Below are positions 27,623 through 37,744 of a DNA stretch of 64,000 nt, one piece after another. The DNA is from a bacterium. Its GTDB lineage: Bacteria > SZUA-182 > DTGQ01 > JAFGSM01. A program made the position numbers and the translations under genes. Location of the stretch: contig JBLIRN010000012.1 in assembly GCA_049472315.1 (NCBI GenBank), positions 1 through 64,000 on the forward strand. Reading direction: 5' to 3'. Each line of letters starts with the position of its first letter. Positions within the stretch are counted from its first letter, which is position 1. The notes beneath the pieces are model-generated. The model was not told the origin of the DNA. It did no database searches and saw only the letters and a program-made list of their open reading frames with translations.

Positions 27623-28700
27623 GTATCCGATCAATCGGTTGATTGTCGAGCGGGGGACCGAAGGGGACAGGATCACCCGCAATGTCCTGGATGCCCTCCC
27701 CTCCCTGATCCCCGAATATATCGAATACGAACGCATCAAATCACTCGATGCGGACCGGCACACCATCATAGTAACGCGCAATCGAGGAAAATTCCTGAAG
27801 CGCTGTCCCGGCACCAAGGAATACCTGTGCTGTCTGTATGGCTTCCTGAATGTGGGTCTCAACTGTCCCATCGACTGCACCTATTGCATACTCCAGGTGT
27901 ACCTGAACACGAATGCATTGGTGGTGTTCAGCAATCATACGGACATGCTCGCCGAACTCGGAGCGGAACTCATCGCCGAGCCTTCCCTTGTTCGGATAGG
28001 AACCGGAGAGCTGACGGACAGCCTTGCGCTCGACCCCCTGACCGGCCTCAGTCCGCTCCTGATCGACTTCTTCTCCGGGCAGAGGCAGGCATTCCTGGAA
28101 TTGAAAACCAAATCCGACCATGTAGAGCACCTCCTGCATCTTGATCACAGGGGACAGACGATCATCTCATGGTCCCTCAATCCGCAATCGGTGGCAGAAA
28201 GCGAGGAGGGACTTGCGGCACCTGTTCAGGCACGTATCACCGCAGCCAAGCGGTGCCTGGAGCATGGCTATAGGATCGGATTCCACTTCGATCCGATCAT
28301 CCTGTACAAGGGATGGGAGTCCGGCTATGAATCGCTCATAGACCTTCTCTTCTCGCATATTCCTCCCCACTCCATAACATGGATCAGCATGGGATGCTTT
28401 CGTTTCATACCACCGCTTAAAGGGATCATACGCCAGCGGTTTCCTGCAAGCAGGATCACCTATGAGGAATTCATCCCCGGCATGGACAAAAAGATGCGCT
28501 ATCCGCAACCGGTGCGGATACACATCTATTCATCCCTTGCGGGTTGGATCAGAAAGAGGTCACCCGAGGCATTCATCTATCTGTGCATGGAATCCCCGGA
28601 GGTCTGGAAGGCAGCACTCGGTGAGGCGCCCGGCGACAACGAGATCCTGAAGTCGTGGCTCGATGAGCGGTGTAAAAAAGCGCCGATAATAGAAAAGTAA
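27585..28700 (+). CDS. Spore photoproduct lyase-like (SplB family) radical SAM protein
   Basis: CPIDCTYC (CxxxCxxC), RIGTGELTDSL, ELKTKS, SWSLNP, FHFDPII, YLCMES. Confidence 0.85.
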   Translation: MNRMSGRNCSPVRYPINRLIVERGTEGDRITRNVLDALPSLIPEYIEYERIKSLDADRHTIIVTRNRGKFLKRCPGTKEYLCCLYGFLNVGLNCPIDCTYCILQVYLNTNALVVFSNHTDMLAELGAELIAEPSLVRIGTGELTDSLALDPLTGLSPLLIDFFSGQRQAFLELKTKSDHVEHLLHLDHRGQTIISWSLNPQSVAESEEGLAAPVQARITAAKRCLEHGYRIGFHFDPIILYKGWESGYESLIDLLFSHIPPHSITWISMGCFRFIPPLKGIIRQRFPASRITYEEFIPGMDKKMRYPQPVRIHIYSSLAGWIRKRSPEAFIYLCMESPEVWKAALGEAPGDNEILKSWLDERCKKAPIIEK

Positions 28701-28813
28701 CCCATATTTTCGTAATTACCCAAGCATTAATTGTTCAATAGCCTGCGCCATGAGGAAGGGGGGTATTGATCAATCACATAAACCCGCATGACCACCACGA
28801 AAGGAACGATGCA

Positions 28814-29251
28814 ATGAAAAAGGTTATCCTCATACTCATCTCCATCATGTTCGTCTGGGCATCCACGGCGTGTGCCGGCGATGCGGATGCCATCCTGGGG
28901 GAGTGGTACACGGAGGGCGAAAGGGCTGTCGTCGAAATGTACCGATGTGCGGACCGTTATTACGGGAAAATCATATGGCTCAAGGAGCCGAAAAATGCGG
29001 ACGGCAGCGACAAAATGGACATCCACAATCCGGACCCATCCAAGAAGCGGTGCCCGGTGGTGGGCATTAACATCGTCAGGGATTTCGAGTATAAAGGAAA
29101 GAAGAGATGGGGTAATGGAGAGATCTATGACCCGGACAATGGAAAGAGCTATTCGTGCAAGATGACCCTTGAAGGTGATACCCTGAAGGTGCGCGGATTC
29201 ATCGGGATCTCCCTGCTGGGGAGGACTACCCAGTGGACCCGCAGACTTTGA
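28814..29251 (+). CDS. DUF2147 secreted protein
   Basis: Signal peptide MKKVILIL; GKIIWL, D-x-x-NPD, GEIYDPDNGKSY, VRGFIGISLLGRT-x-x-WTR. Confidence 0.88.
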   Translation: MKKVILILISIMFVWASTACAGDADAILGEWYTEGERAVVEMYRCADRYYGKIIWLKEPKNADGSDKMDIHNPDPSKKRCPVVGINIVRDFEYKGKKRWGNGEIYDPDNGKSYSCKMTLEGDTLKVRGFIGISLLGRTTQWTRRL

Positions 29252-29341
29252 CAGGGCCGGGAATCCCGAGTCCGTTCCGAAATCCGCGTCCCTCTCATCT
29301 TCTTCGCCAATCCGGGGGAATCCGCCTCCTTCCCTGACCCC

Positions 29342-30946
29342 TCACGAGGAGTCAGGACCCCTTGCAGTATCCGGAAGAAAGTCCTTGTAGGAGAAGGTGG
29401 GGAAGACATTGTCCTGCCTTTCGATCCGCAGGAGCCCTTCCTCGTCGATGGCATTATCTTCGATCTGGTGAATGAGCCTCCAGAAGCGTCCGATATGCTC
29501 CTTGATCCTGCGTGTGGCATATTCGGTAAGGGTTTGATTATGTAAAATAAATGTCCAGTCACTGCTCTGCGCCAGGAGGAGTTCCCGTCCCGCCTGGTTG
29601 AGAGCCCTCTCTTCCAGGTCGCTCCGAAGATCCTGACGGGCCATGTCCTCCATCTTCTCACCCGCCTTGAACAGATGAGGATACACCCATCCGTTCCTTT
29701 CGTTCAGCCACACCTCGTGATGCCCCTTCCACCCCCAGCTCCCCCCCGGAGGCTGGGCGTGCTGCAGCGGGAAGCCGAGTGACAGGAACGTGCCCGGTGT
29801 AACCGGGGAAAAGAATTCCCTGCATTCCGACAGCTTTCGAAACAGGGCCTCCACCCACAAAGGCCCCTCGAACCACCAGTGTCCGAAGAGTTCAGCATCA
29901 TAAAAGGCGCACACAACAGGGGGAAACGGCATGGACAGAACGAGGTCCCTGGCATGCCGCATTCGATGGGCCAGAAAGTCGTCCGCATGGATGGAAACCT
30001 TGCGTGCGGCACTATCAGGATCATATATCTGATGTTCCCCCCCGCGTTGTTCTATCCGATGGTATTTCATGCCGGTATGGCAGCGCACGCCCCCGGGAAG
30101 ATACGGCCTTAGGTAATCCAGGTCCAGATCATACCCTATGTCCCTGTAGAAATCCCGGTAATCGTAATCACCCGGGTAGCCGTCCAGGGAGCTCCACACC
30201 TCTTTTGCGGAATGAACATCCCTGCCGAATGCGACCATTCCCGAAGGGCAGAGAACCGGGGCATAGGTCCCGTACTCGGGGGGCGGAGCGGAATCGCATA
30301 CGGTGTGGGTGTCAAGGAAGGTGTATTCGATCCCCGCTCGGAGGAGAATCCGATCCAGACCGGGGAAATAGCCGCATTCAGGAAGCCACAGCCCGGCGGG
30401 AGAGATCCCGAAGAGCCTGCGATATTCCTTCACCGCCACCGCGATCTGCGCCCTGATCCCTGATGCCGTCGGCCTCAAAAGGGGAAGATAGGCATGGGTG
30501 GCGGCACAGGTGATGATTTCCAGTATCCCTTCATCCTGATAGGATTTAAACACATGAATGAGGTCCCCGTTGCATCGTTCGTCAAAGGTCTCAAGAGCAC
30601 TGCGATAGTACGATCGGTACATACCGGCAAGGGAGGAGAGTGCGGGTATCTTCGTGGTGCGTTTGATCTCCTTGCCAGCCAGATCGATCTGACATCGAAG
30701 GTAGGAGCGAAGCCGTTCGATGAGCAATGGATTTTCCAACTGTGCAAGGAGAGTCGGGCTCAGCGAAAGGGTGATCCCCAACGGCACCCCATCGCGGACC
30801 AGTCGATCGAATACCTGGATGAGCCGTATATAGCAATCGATCAGCGCCTCATACAACCATCGTTGTTCAAGCGTATCCTCGGCGCCGGGATCGAGCACAT
30901 AGGGCATATGTGCATGCAGGAGCAGGAGAAAATAGGAGGTGTTCAC
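29342..30946 (-). CDS. GH57 1,4-alpha-glucan branching enzyme (DUF1957)
   Basis: LHAHMPYV, ATHAYLPL, GLWLPEC, YDAELFGHWWFEG, LLAQSSDW. Confidence 0.92.
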   Translation of the reverse strand: MNTSYFLLLLHAHMPYVLDPGAEDTLEQRWLYEALIDCYIRLIQVFDRLVRDGVPLGITLSLSPTLLAQLENPLLIERLRSYLRCQIDLAGKEIKRTTKIPALSSLAGMYRSYYRSALETFDERCNGDLIHVFKSYQDEGILEIITCAATHAYLPLLRPTASGIRAQIAVAVKEYRRLFGISPAGLWLPECGYFPGLDRILLRAGIEYTFLDTHTVCDSAPPPEYGTYAPVLCPSGMVAFGRDVHSAKEVWSSLDGYPGDYDYRDFYRDIGYDLDLDYLRPYLPGGVRCHTGMKYHRIEQRGGEHQIYDPDSAARKVSIHADDFLAHRMRHARDLVLSMPFPPVVCAFYDAELFGHWWFEGPLWVEALFRKLSECREFFSPVTPGTFLSLGFPLQHAQPPGGSWGWKGHHEVWLNERNGWVYPHLFKAGEKMEDMARQDLRSDLEERALNQAGRELLLAQSSDWTFILHNQTLTEYATRRIKEHIGRFWRLIHQIEDNAIDEEGLLRIERQDNVFPTFSYKDFLPDTARGPDSS

Positions 30947-30948
30947 CG

Positions 30949-31668
30949 TTACCGGTCGGGATCGAGAGTTGATGGCGGGGAAGACATCCCTGATGAAGGG
31001 CTGGAGTGCCTCTCCGAGGTGGAGGGATTGAACAGGTGCTCGCCGAAAAGGCCGAAAAGTCGAAGTGTCCTGAGTGCCTCCTCCGAATAATAGCGCTCGA
31101 GCAGAGATTTCCAGGGAGGAAGTCCGGGGCTCGACTCCGTTTTTTCGGGAAGATCCCGGTAGTATTCAATCACATCCCTTTCCGTTATATATTCCATGAG
31201 ATGCTGCCTCTGGATTTCCCCCTCTTTCTTCTCCTCCCGCTCCCCTGAAAAAGGCTCCGCTGCACTGACATCCTCTGCCGATGCCGGCATCGTCACCTGT
31301 TCACCGCCAATATCCAGTTTGTTGGAACAACAGATGGAAATGAAGGCCCCGGTTTCCGGATCCGCATACCCCAATTCCGCGCGGCACGTGGTCACCGGCT
31401 TCTCCATGGCGACAAACCAGGTATTGATCAACCCCTGGACGGAGACATCATAGCAAATCGCCGGTGTTTCGACAGGTGAATCCTTAAAAAGGCAATAGAT
31501 GCGAAGGAGTAACGCCGGATCCTCGGCGACATGCCCTTCCTTCAGATCGGGTACATCTTCAGGGACTATCTGCCACAGCGCATGGAGATGGGAAGGATCC
31601 ACTTCGAGAAGGTAGAGATACTTCTCTCCGTACTGCATGGGAAAAAATGCCATATCTGCTTCCGGCAC
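30949..31668 (-). CDS. DUF4912-like protein (commonly upstream of GH57 genes)
   Basis: YGEKYLYLLEVDP-x-x-LHALW, LLLRIY, AELG, SN, Ser-rich tail; gene context. Confidence 0.7.
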   Translation of the reverse strand: MPEADMAFFPMQYGEKYLYLLEVDPSHLHALWQIVPEDVPDLKEGHVAEDPALLLRIYCLFKDSPVETPAICYDVSVQGLINTWFVAMEKPVTTCRAELGYADPETGAFISICCSNKLDIGGEQVTMPASAEDVSAAEPFSGEREEKKEGEIQRQHLMEYITERDVIEYYRDLPEKTESSPGLPPWKSLLERYYSEEALRTLRLFGLFGEHLFNPSTSERHSSPSSGMSSPPSTLDPDR

Positions 31669-31732
31669 AAGATTCTCCTTTTTTGTGAGTCCTTGAGGTG
31701 CTCAATCAATCAGGGGTGGACAACGGGCCACA

Positions 31733-32938
31733 CTATGCCAGGATATCCGCAATCTGCCTTAACATGATCCTGGCCGGCTTCGTCTGATCGTAAACCTTCG
31801 AGACCCAGGCATCTCCCCAAAAAAGGTAGCAGCTTGTTTCTGCTCTAAGCAACCATTCGTGGGCTTGATTCAAAAGGCCCTCCACATGTTCCGGATCGTT
31901 CACTTCGTCCCTTCTATCCCCTACCTCTCTTTCCATGCGATGAAAGATTCGACTCACCTCACGGATCTCCTCCAATGCCTTCTGCTGTCCAGGAGATTGT
32001 GACCATTGAGAGAAATCAAATCCGCTTGTTTGGGCAACATTCCACGCCCCGGTGCGCACGGAAACGTAATCCCTGGGGGGATTGTCATTGATATAGTCGC
32101 TCAGGCGAACCGGCTGGAGAGGAAAGACACCCTCCCGTACCCGTTTCATGTAGGGGGCAAAAAAATGCCCCCAAAAACCATGATCCTCGTCCATCTGCCG
32201 GAACCACCCGCCGTTTTCTCCGTCAGACCAGGTCGTCACCAGAATCGGCCCCTCCGCTGAAGCGGTCTTGTGGGTGATCTCATTCTCAAACCACTCGGGA
32301 TCCATTCCGCTTTCCTGGGCATTGCTCACATCACGGTCGCGAGGCACCACCACGATCTCGTATCCTTCGTGTCGCGCCAGGTGCGGTGTATGCACCTTCG
32401 ATGCATCCAATGTCTCCTTGGCCTTATCCCCCTCTTCAGGATGCACATGGACGCTGTCCACAACGACGTACTCATACCCTGTCTGCCTGAGTGAGGGGAT
32501 CATCTCCATGCTGAATGCCAATTCCGAAGGCCAAAAGCCGACCGGCTGCACGCCGAATGTTTCCTTTATCATCATCCTGCCCCGTTCCAGATGGGCATTC
32601 CAGTCCTCCTGGGGTATGAGCGGGAACACAGGATGGTAGTACCCCATCCCGATGATCTCGATCTGCTCCGTGCTCCGATACTGCTGTAAAACATCCTCCA
32701 TATCACACATCTCCCGGACTTCCTTCTGGATGTCCGGATCGGTGAGCTGCTCGAGCAGGACACCGGAGAAGCCTATATTCAAATGAGCCACATCCGGAAA
32801 ATTGCATACGAATTTCACGGGCCGCGCATAGCACATGATGATTTGCCTGGCCTCCCACGTATCCTGTTCGATCAGGAGCCGGAGATTCTCCGGAGGCTGA
32901 TGCATATGAAGCCCAAGTGCATGAGAGATGTCGTTCAT
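31733..32938 (-). CDS. Glycoside hydrolase family 57 protein
   Basis: LGLHMHQPP, YYHPVFPLIP, GFWPSE, WSDGENGGWF, AETSCY; start at the ATGA overlap with the GT4 stop. Confidence 0.88.
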   Translation of the reverse strand: MNDISHALGLHMHQPPENLRLLIEQDTWEARQIIMCYARPVKFVCNFPDVAHLNIGFSGVLLEQLTDPDIQKEVREMCDMEDVLQQYRSTEQIEIIGMGYYHPVFPLIPQEDWNAHLERGRMMIKETFGVQPVGFWPSELAFSMEMIPSLRQTGYEYVVVDSVHVHPEEGDKAKETLDASKVHTPHLARHEGYEIVVVPRDRDVSNAQESGMDPEWFENEITHKTASAEGPILVTTWSDGENGGWFRQMDEDHGFWGHFFAPYMKRVREGVFPLQPVRLSDYINDNPPRDYVSVRTGAWNVAQTSGFDFSQWSQSPGQQKALEEIREVSRIFHRMEREVGDRRDEVNDPEHVEGLLNQAHEWLLRAETSCYLFWGDAWVSKVYDQTKPARIMLRQIADILA

Positions 32939-34107
32939 TTCTGGTATACCTTCAGGACCTGGTCTGAGATGCTGTTCCATGAAAATGCCGTCTCGGCGGC
33001 GATCCTGCCGTTCCTTCCCATCCAGCGCGCATGGTCCATCTCTGCGAGAAGGGAACCGATACCCCAGGCGATGGATCCGGGATAGTCATAGATCTTCAAT
33101 CCGGTTACATCATGCCAGACGAATTCAGCAGGCCCGCCGTTGCTGGTGGCCACCACCGGTTTTCCTGCGCTCCAGGCCTCCAGTATCACAATGCCGAACG
33201 GTTCGTTACGGCTCGGGACGCACACAAGATCACATGCCTTAAAGAGTTCCTTGAGCTCCTGTCCGTTTTTGAATCCCAAAAAACGGACGGCATGGGAGAT
33301 GCCCAGTGCATGGGCCCTTCGCTCCAATCCCATCCTCATATCCCCGTCACCGGCCATAACAAATTTCGCATGAGGGTAATGCTGCAACACATAGGGTATC
33401 GACTCTATCAAGAGATCCGGCCCCTTTTGATGTACAATGCGGCCCGCGAACAGGATGGTGGGATCAAGCGGGCCTATTCCATACCTCTTCTTGATGTCAC
33501 CGGGATCGATATCTCCGTCGAAGTTGTGGACATTGACACCGTTGTACACAACATCAACCTTCCAATCAGGAAGACTATACATCCATAGAATTTCATTCTT
33601 GAGCGCCTGGGAAACCGCGATGACGTGGTCTGCACAATACGTCCCGTGCCGCTCATGATCACGGATGATGGCGGATTGCCCGCCGTAAAAATTGTTTCCA
33701 CATCTGCCGTACTCGGTCGAATGTATGGTGAGGACCGACCTTTTCCCCCTTCCCGCCTTAATCCATACGGCTGCATTGGATGCCAGCCAGTCATGGGCAT
33801 GGAGAATATCGAAGGACCCGACGTGGTCTTCGGTTTGGAAGAAGTGGTAGACGAAGGAGCGGCACATCTCGTTGATCTCTTCAACAAAATTCCGGTTCAG
33901 ATTGAATGCGCACCTGTGGTAATGAACGCCGTGGATTACCTCGTATTGAAGCTGGTTCGCTGCTATTCTGGTAAACACATGGACTTCGTGCCCCTTTCTC
34001 TCCATTGCTGCAGCAAGTTCAGTAACGTGGTTACCTACCCCCCCGACACTTATGGAGTGGAGAGTCTCCCAGGAAAACATGGCAATTCTCATGGTCTCCC
34101 CTTTCAC
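32935..34107 (-). CDS. Glycosyltransferase family 4 (glycogen synthase-like)
   Basis: GGVGNHVTEL, HAHDW, FAGRIVHQKG, PSRNEPFGIVILEAW. Confidence 0.92.
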   Translation of the reverse strand: MKGETMRIAMFSWETLHSISVGGVGNHVTELAAAMERKGHEVHVFTRIAANQLQYEVIHGVHYHRCAFNLNRNFVEEINEMCRSFVYHFFQTEDHVGSFDILHAHDWLASNAAVWIKAGRGKRSVLTIHSTEYGRCGNNFYGGQSAIIRDHERHGTYCADHVIAVSQALKNEILWMYSLPDWKVDVVYNGVNVHNFDGDIDPGDIKKRYGIGPLDPTILFAGRIVHQKGPDLLIESIPYVLQHYPHAKFVMAGDGDMRMGLERRAHALGISHAVRFLGFKNGQELKELFKACDLVCVPSRNEPFGIVILEAWSAGKPVVATSNGGPAEFVWHDVTGLKIYDYPGSIAWGIGSLLAEMDHARWMGRNGRIAAETAFSWNSISDQVLKVYQK

Positions 34108-34153
34108 TGAGGCGAAATTGTAGAGGCAAATGCATTATGAAGTGATTGAAATC

Positions 34154-34182
34154 ATTCTAATGTATACATGAGGGATTGTCAA
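34154..34182 (-). promoter_or_regulatory. Sigma70 promoter TTGACA-17-TAGAAT for the GT4/GH57 operon
   Basis: tgtcaa at 34177-34182 and attcta at 34154-34159. Confidence 0.65.
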
Positions 34183-34311
34183 TTACAAACCCATACGCCG
34201 CATTGCACGTACCACGATTTTATGCTAAGGTGAAATCAGTTGTATATCACAGGGAACAACACCAAGGCAATGCAGACCCTGTGATCGATGGAATCCACCC
34301 TATTGCTTTGA

Positions 34312-34881
34312 TTGACAATGAATGAGATAAAAACCGACGTGGTTGAATTCTTTCTCTTCGCATCCCCCCGTCCCCTCACCATTGCCGAGATAACCGGTAT
34401 GGTGGGGGACATGGACCATGATCAGGTACAACAGGCAATTGCCGTGCTGCAGGATAAATTCTATGGCCCGGACCGGGCCCTCCAGATCTGTGAAGTAGGA
34501 GGCGGGTACCAGATCTGCACCAGGCCGGAATTACATTCATGGCTCAAACGCATCACCCATTACCAGGTGCGGCGCCGACTTACGCGTGCGGCACTTGAGG
34601 TGCTTGCCGTCATCGCATATAAACAGCCGATCACCAGATACGAAATAGACGAGATACGTGGAGTAAACAGCGGCTTTGTCCTAAAGGGCCTCTTGAACAA
34701 GAAGTTGATCCGCATTGTCGGCAGGAAGGAGTGCCTCGGGCGTCCCATCGTCTATGGAACGGGCAATGAATTCTTGAGCTACTTCGGCCTGAACGACCTC
34801 GGGCAATTACCCAAAGACTACGAATTGAAAGAGATCCTGGCCCATGAGGAATCAGACGTCAGAAACGATGAGGCTCAATAA
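34312..34881 (+). CDS. scpB: SMC-Scp complex subunit ScpB
   Basis: EVGGGYQ, LTRAALEVLAVIAYKQPITR, IRGVNS, GRPIVYGT, FL-x-x-FGL. Confidence 0.93.
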   Translation: MTMNEIKTDVVEFFLFASPRPLTIAEITGMVGDMDHDQVQQAIAVLQDKFYGPDRALQICEVGGGYQICTRPELHSWLKRITHYQVRRRLTRAALEVLAVIAYKQPITRYEIDEIRGVNSGFVLKGLLNKKLIRIVGRKECLGRPIVYGTGNEFLSYFGLNDLGQLPKDYELKEILAHEESDVRNDEAQ

Positions 34882-35581
34882 ATATCTCTCCACGCAAGGA
34901 ATCGGGTCGCGCAGATACTGCGAGTCGCTCATACAAAAGGGCGAGGTTCTGGTGAACGGTGAAGTTGCCCATGTTGGCATGAAAATCGACCCCGAGCGGG
35001 ACCGAATCCACCTTGTCCACGGAGACACCATTAGCCACCATCTTCCCCGGAATCGTTATCTTGCACTCTACAAACCGAGGGGTTTTCTGACGACCATGGC
35101 TGATCCCTTAGGCCGCCCCACAATTCTGAAACTTCTCCCGCCTCTTAAGGAGCGCATATATCCGATCGGGCGTTTGGATTTCCACTCAGAGGGTCTGATC
35201 CTGATTACCAATGACGGGGATCTTGCCTTTCGCTTGAGCCATCCCGGATCAATGATACCCAAGACCTATCTGGTAAAGGTGAAGGGCAAACCCTCTTCAC
35301 GGTGCCTCGATCAACTAAAAAGGGGTATCCGCCTGAGTGATGGGGTAAGCTCCTTTGATTCCATCATGGAAATAAAATCCCGGACACGCACGAATACATG
35401 GCTCAAGGTAACCATACACATAGGGAAAAACCGTATCATCAGGAGGATGTTTCTCGCTGTCGGTCATGCGGTCATCAGCCTCACCAGGGTGAGTATTGCC
35501 GGTATCACCTTGGAAGGGCTTGCACCCGGGGAATGGCGGTATCTCACCCGCAAGGAAATGGAGGTGTTGAAGGGATTGTAG
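34868..35581 (+). CDS. rluB: RsuA/RluB-family rRNA pseudouridine synthase
   Basis: S4 domain MRLNKYL...SRR, YKPRG, GRLDFHSEGL, GKNRIIRRM; follows scpB. Confidence 0.85.
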   Translation: MRLNKYLSTQGIGSRRYCESLIQKGEVLVNGEVAHVGMKIDPERDRIHLVHGDTISHHLPRNRYLALYKPRGFLTTMADPLGRPTILKLLPPLKERIYPIGRLDFHSEGLILITNDGDLAFRLSHPGSMIPKTYLVKVKGKPSSRCLDQLKRGIRLSDGVSSFDSIMEIKSRTRTNTWLKVTIHIGKNRIIRRMFLAVGHAVISLTRVSIAGITLEGLAPGEWRYLTRKEMEVLKGL

Positions 35582-35683
35582 GAACACCTCTTTTTGACCT
35601 TTGCGATCCGGATCGTTTGCAACCGCCGCAGAAACGCAGGGGAATAGGGTACAATGAAACGATGGGCGAAAGGCATATTTACA

Positions 35684-35712
35684 TTGACAAAGGCGTACCT
35701 ATATGTTATTCT
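35684..35712 (+). promoter_or_regulatory. Sigma70 promoter TTGACA-17-TATTCT with extended -10 TG
   Basis: ttgaca at 35684-35689, tg at 35704-35705, tattct at 35707-35712. Confidence 0.55.
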
Positions 35713-35858
35713 TTTTTCTCAAATTGTTACCGAGATCGATGCAGCATGACAAAAATGGGTGTTGAGTGCAACCATTGGACTTGCCTGTGCGATTTCGTTT
35801 GGATGACAATTGAGACACTCATTTTCCCTTTTTCGTTTAACATGAGAGGGGTACCAAT

Positions 35859-36785
35859 ATGAAAAAATTACACAGGGGTACGGGGTATTCATGGCGGACG
35901 ATAGTGGCTCGAGCATTTGTCTCAATCCTTCTTTCCATCATCATAGGGCTGACAGGATCCTGCATAGCTGCCCAGGCAGCAGTGTCTACGAAGACCATGT
36001 CCATAGAGTACAAATCCGGGAAGGTCTCCGCGGTGCTGAAGGGCGTCCCCGTTAAAGAGGTATATGAATATCTTGCAGAAAAGACAGGGGTTGAATTCGT
36101 TGGTCTCAATGAAATAACCGGAACCATTGAAGATCTTAAATTCGACGACCTTACCCTTGAAGAGGCCATTCGAGCACTGGGCAAAAACAGCATCCTGATC
36201 TTTCGAAAGGAAGGACCTCAAGATGAGGAAATGACCATCAAGAAGGTCATTTTTGTTGCCCATCAGCAAGAGGAACAACCAACACCACCACCCACCCCGG
36301 TGCCACCCCCTCCACCACGGGAATTGACGCCCCCTGCTCCGCCCGCTCCACCTGCTCCGCCAAGGCCTCCGGCACCTCCCAAGGCCCCTGAAGCACCCCC
36401 TGCAGCCCCTGTCACCCCTCCCAGCGTCCGTCAACCCGAGCCACCCCCGCCCCCGGTGGCAACGCCCGCACCCAAACCTAGGCCGAAGGATGCAAATCTC
36501 GAGAAGGGGCTCAAAGCTTTCGAGGAAAAGCGCTGGGACCTAGTAATGAAATATCTTAAGTTGTACCTGAACAAGAATCCCGGCGATCAGGAAATCCAGC
36601 AGAAACTTTCCCAGGCGAATAAGAATTCCGATGAGGCGATCCGGCTTTACAAATCGGGTAAGGCAGCCCAGGGCTCCGGCAATTTCTCCGAGGCATACGG
36701 CAATTACAAGGCAGCCTACGAACTCTATCCCCTCCTGTATGACACCTGGGAGAGAATGCGAGCGATGCAGAAAAAGATACAGTGA
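35859..36785 (+). CDS. Exported protein: secretin N0/STN-like domain, Pro-rich linker, TPR-like C-terminus
   Basis: Hydrophobic N-terminal segment; KVSAVLKGVPVKEV...LAEKTGVEF; long poly-Pro linker; helical repeat tail. Confidence 0.65.
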   Translation: MKKLHRGTGYSWRTIVARAFVSILLSIIIGLTGSCIAAQAAVSTKTMSIEYKSGKVSAVLKGVPVKEVYEYLAEKTGVEFVGLNEITGTIEDLKFDDLTLEEAIRALGKNSILIFRKEGPQDEEMTIKKVIFVAHQQEEQPTPPPTPVPPPPPRELTPPAPPAPPAPPRPPAPPKAPEAPPAAPVTPPSVRQPEPPPPPVATPAPKPRPKDANLEKGLKAFEEKRWDLVMKYLKLYLNKNPGDQEIQQKLSQANKNSDEAIRLYKSGKAAQGSGNFSEAYGNYKAAYELYPLLYDTWERMRAMQKKIQ

Positions 36786-37708
36786 ACCCCCACCATATCC
36801 TGATCATAGATGATGACCCCGGCAATAAGGGGGTCTATCGGGATCTTTTAAACATCCACGGATTTGAAACCAGGGATTCGGCCACGCCTTCTGAAGCCTT
36901 GGCAATCCTGGCTGATCGGGATTTTGGTGCGGTCATTATTGACCTCAGGATGCACTCTCAATCCATTATCGAACTCGCATCCATGATAAAGACATCCAAT
37001 CCATTCTGCTGCGTAATCATACTCACCAATGATACATCCGCATCCTTTGTCAAAAGCGCCCTCAGGATCGGGGCCGAGGCTTGCCTCATCAAGCCGTTCA
37101 TCCCCTTTCTTCTCCTGGAAACCATGAAAAGAGGGATCGAAAGGGTGCACCTCCTGCAGGAAAATGAACGTCTGAACAATGAATTCTCCACCCTGAAGGG
37201 AGCCTACGGAATGCTCAAGGACTATTGCAGCCGATTGGAGTCAGGGCTCTCCTGCGATCCGGCAACCGGTCTGTTACACCCCAGGGCATTAATCGGACGG
37301 CTCACATATGAAGTGAGCAGGGCTCAACGACATGAGCATTGGCTCTCTCTCACCCTTATCCGCGCAGGGATTAAGGCAGATAATACGCAGAATCGGAACG
37401 GGATTATGTGCCTGGTGGACCTGTTCAAGAAGGTTATCCGTACAGGGGATATTATGGGACACCATGGTGCGGGCCTTGCCCTCATCATGCCCGAAACCGA
37501 CCTGGAAGGGGCTCATGCATTCAGAAAACGAATAATGGAACGGATTGTCAACGGGGGCGGAAACGGTGAGGAACCTGCCTCCCCTATGACAATCGATGGT
37601 CTTGCCTTCGGCACCTCAACCTATCCGATTGATTCCCATCTACCTAAACGCCTTGTTCGCATTGCAGCATCCCGTTTGCATACTGAACCGGTCCTGGTGA
37701 GACACTAA
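36782..37708 (+). CDS. Response regulator with degenerate GGDEF domain
   Basis: REC motifs IIDDD, IDLRM, KPF; DPATGL; GGDEF position reads HHGAG; RTGD upstream. Confidence 0.8.
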   Translation: MNPHHILIIDDDPGNKGVYRDLLNIHGFETRDSATPSEALAILADRDFGAVIIDLRMHSQSIIELASMIKTSNPFCCVIILTNDTSASFVKSALRIGAEACLIKPFIPFLLLETMKRGIERVHLLQENERLNNEFSTLKGAYGMLKDYCSRLESGLSCDPATGLLHPRALIGRLTYEVSRAQRHEHWLSLTLIRAGIKADNTQNRNGIMCLVDLFKKVIRTGDIMGHHGAGLALIMPETDLEGAHAFRKRIMERIVNGGGNGEEPASPMTIDGLAFGTSTYPIDSHLPKRLVRIAASRLHTEPVLVRH

Positions 37709-37744
37709 CTGATCCGGGCATCGGCACCCCATTGGCAGGTCCAT

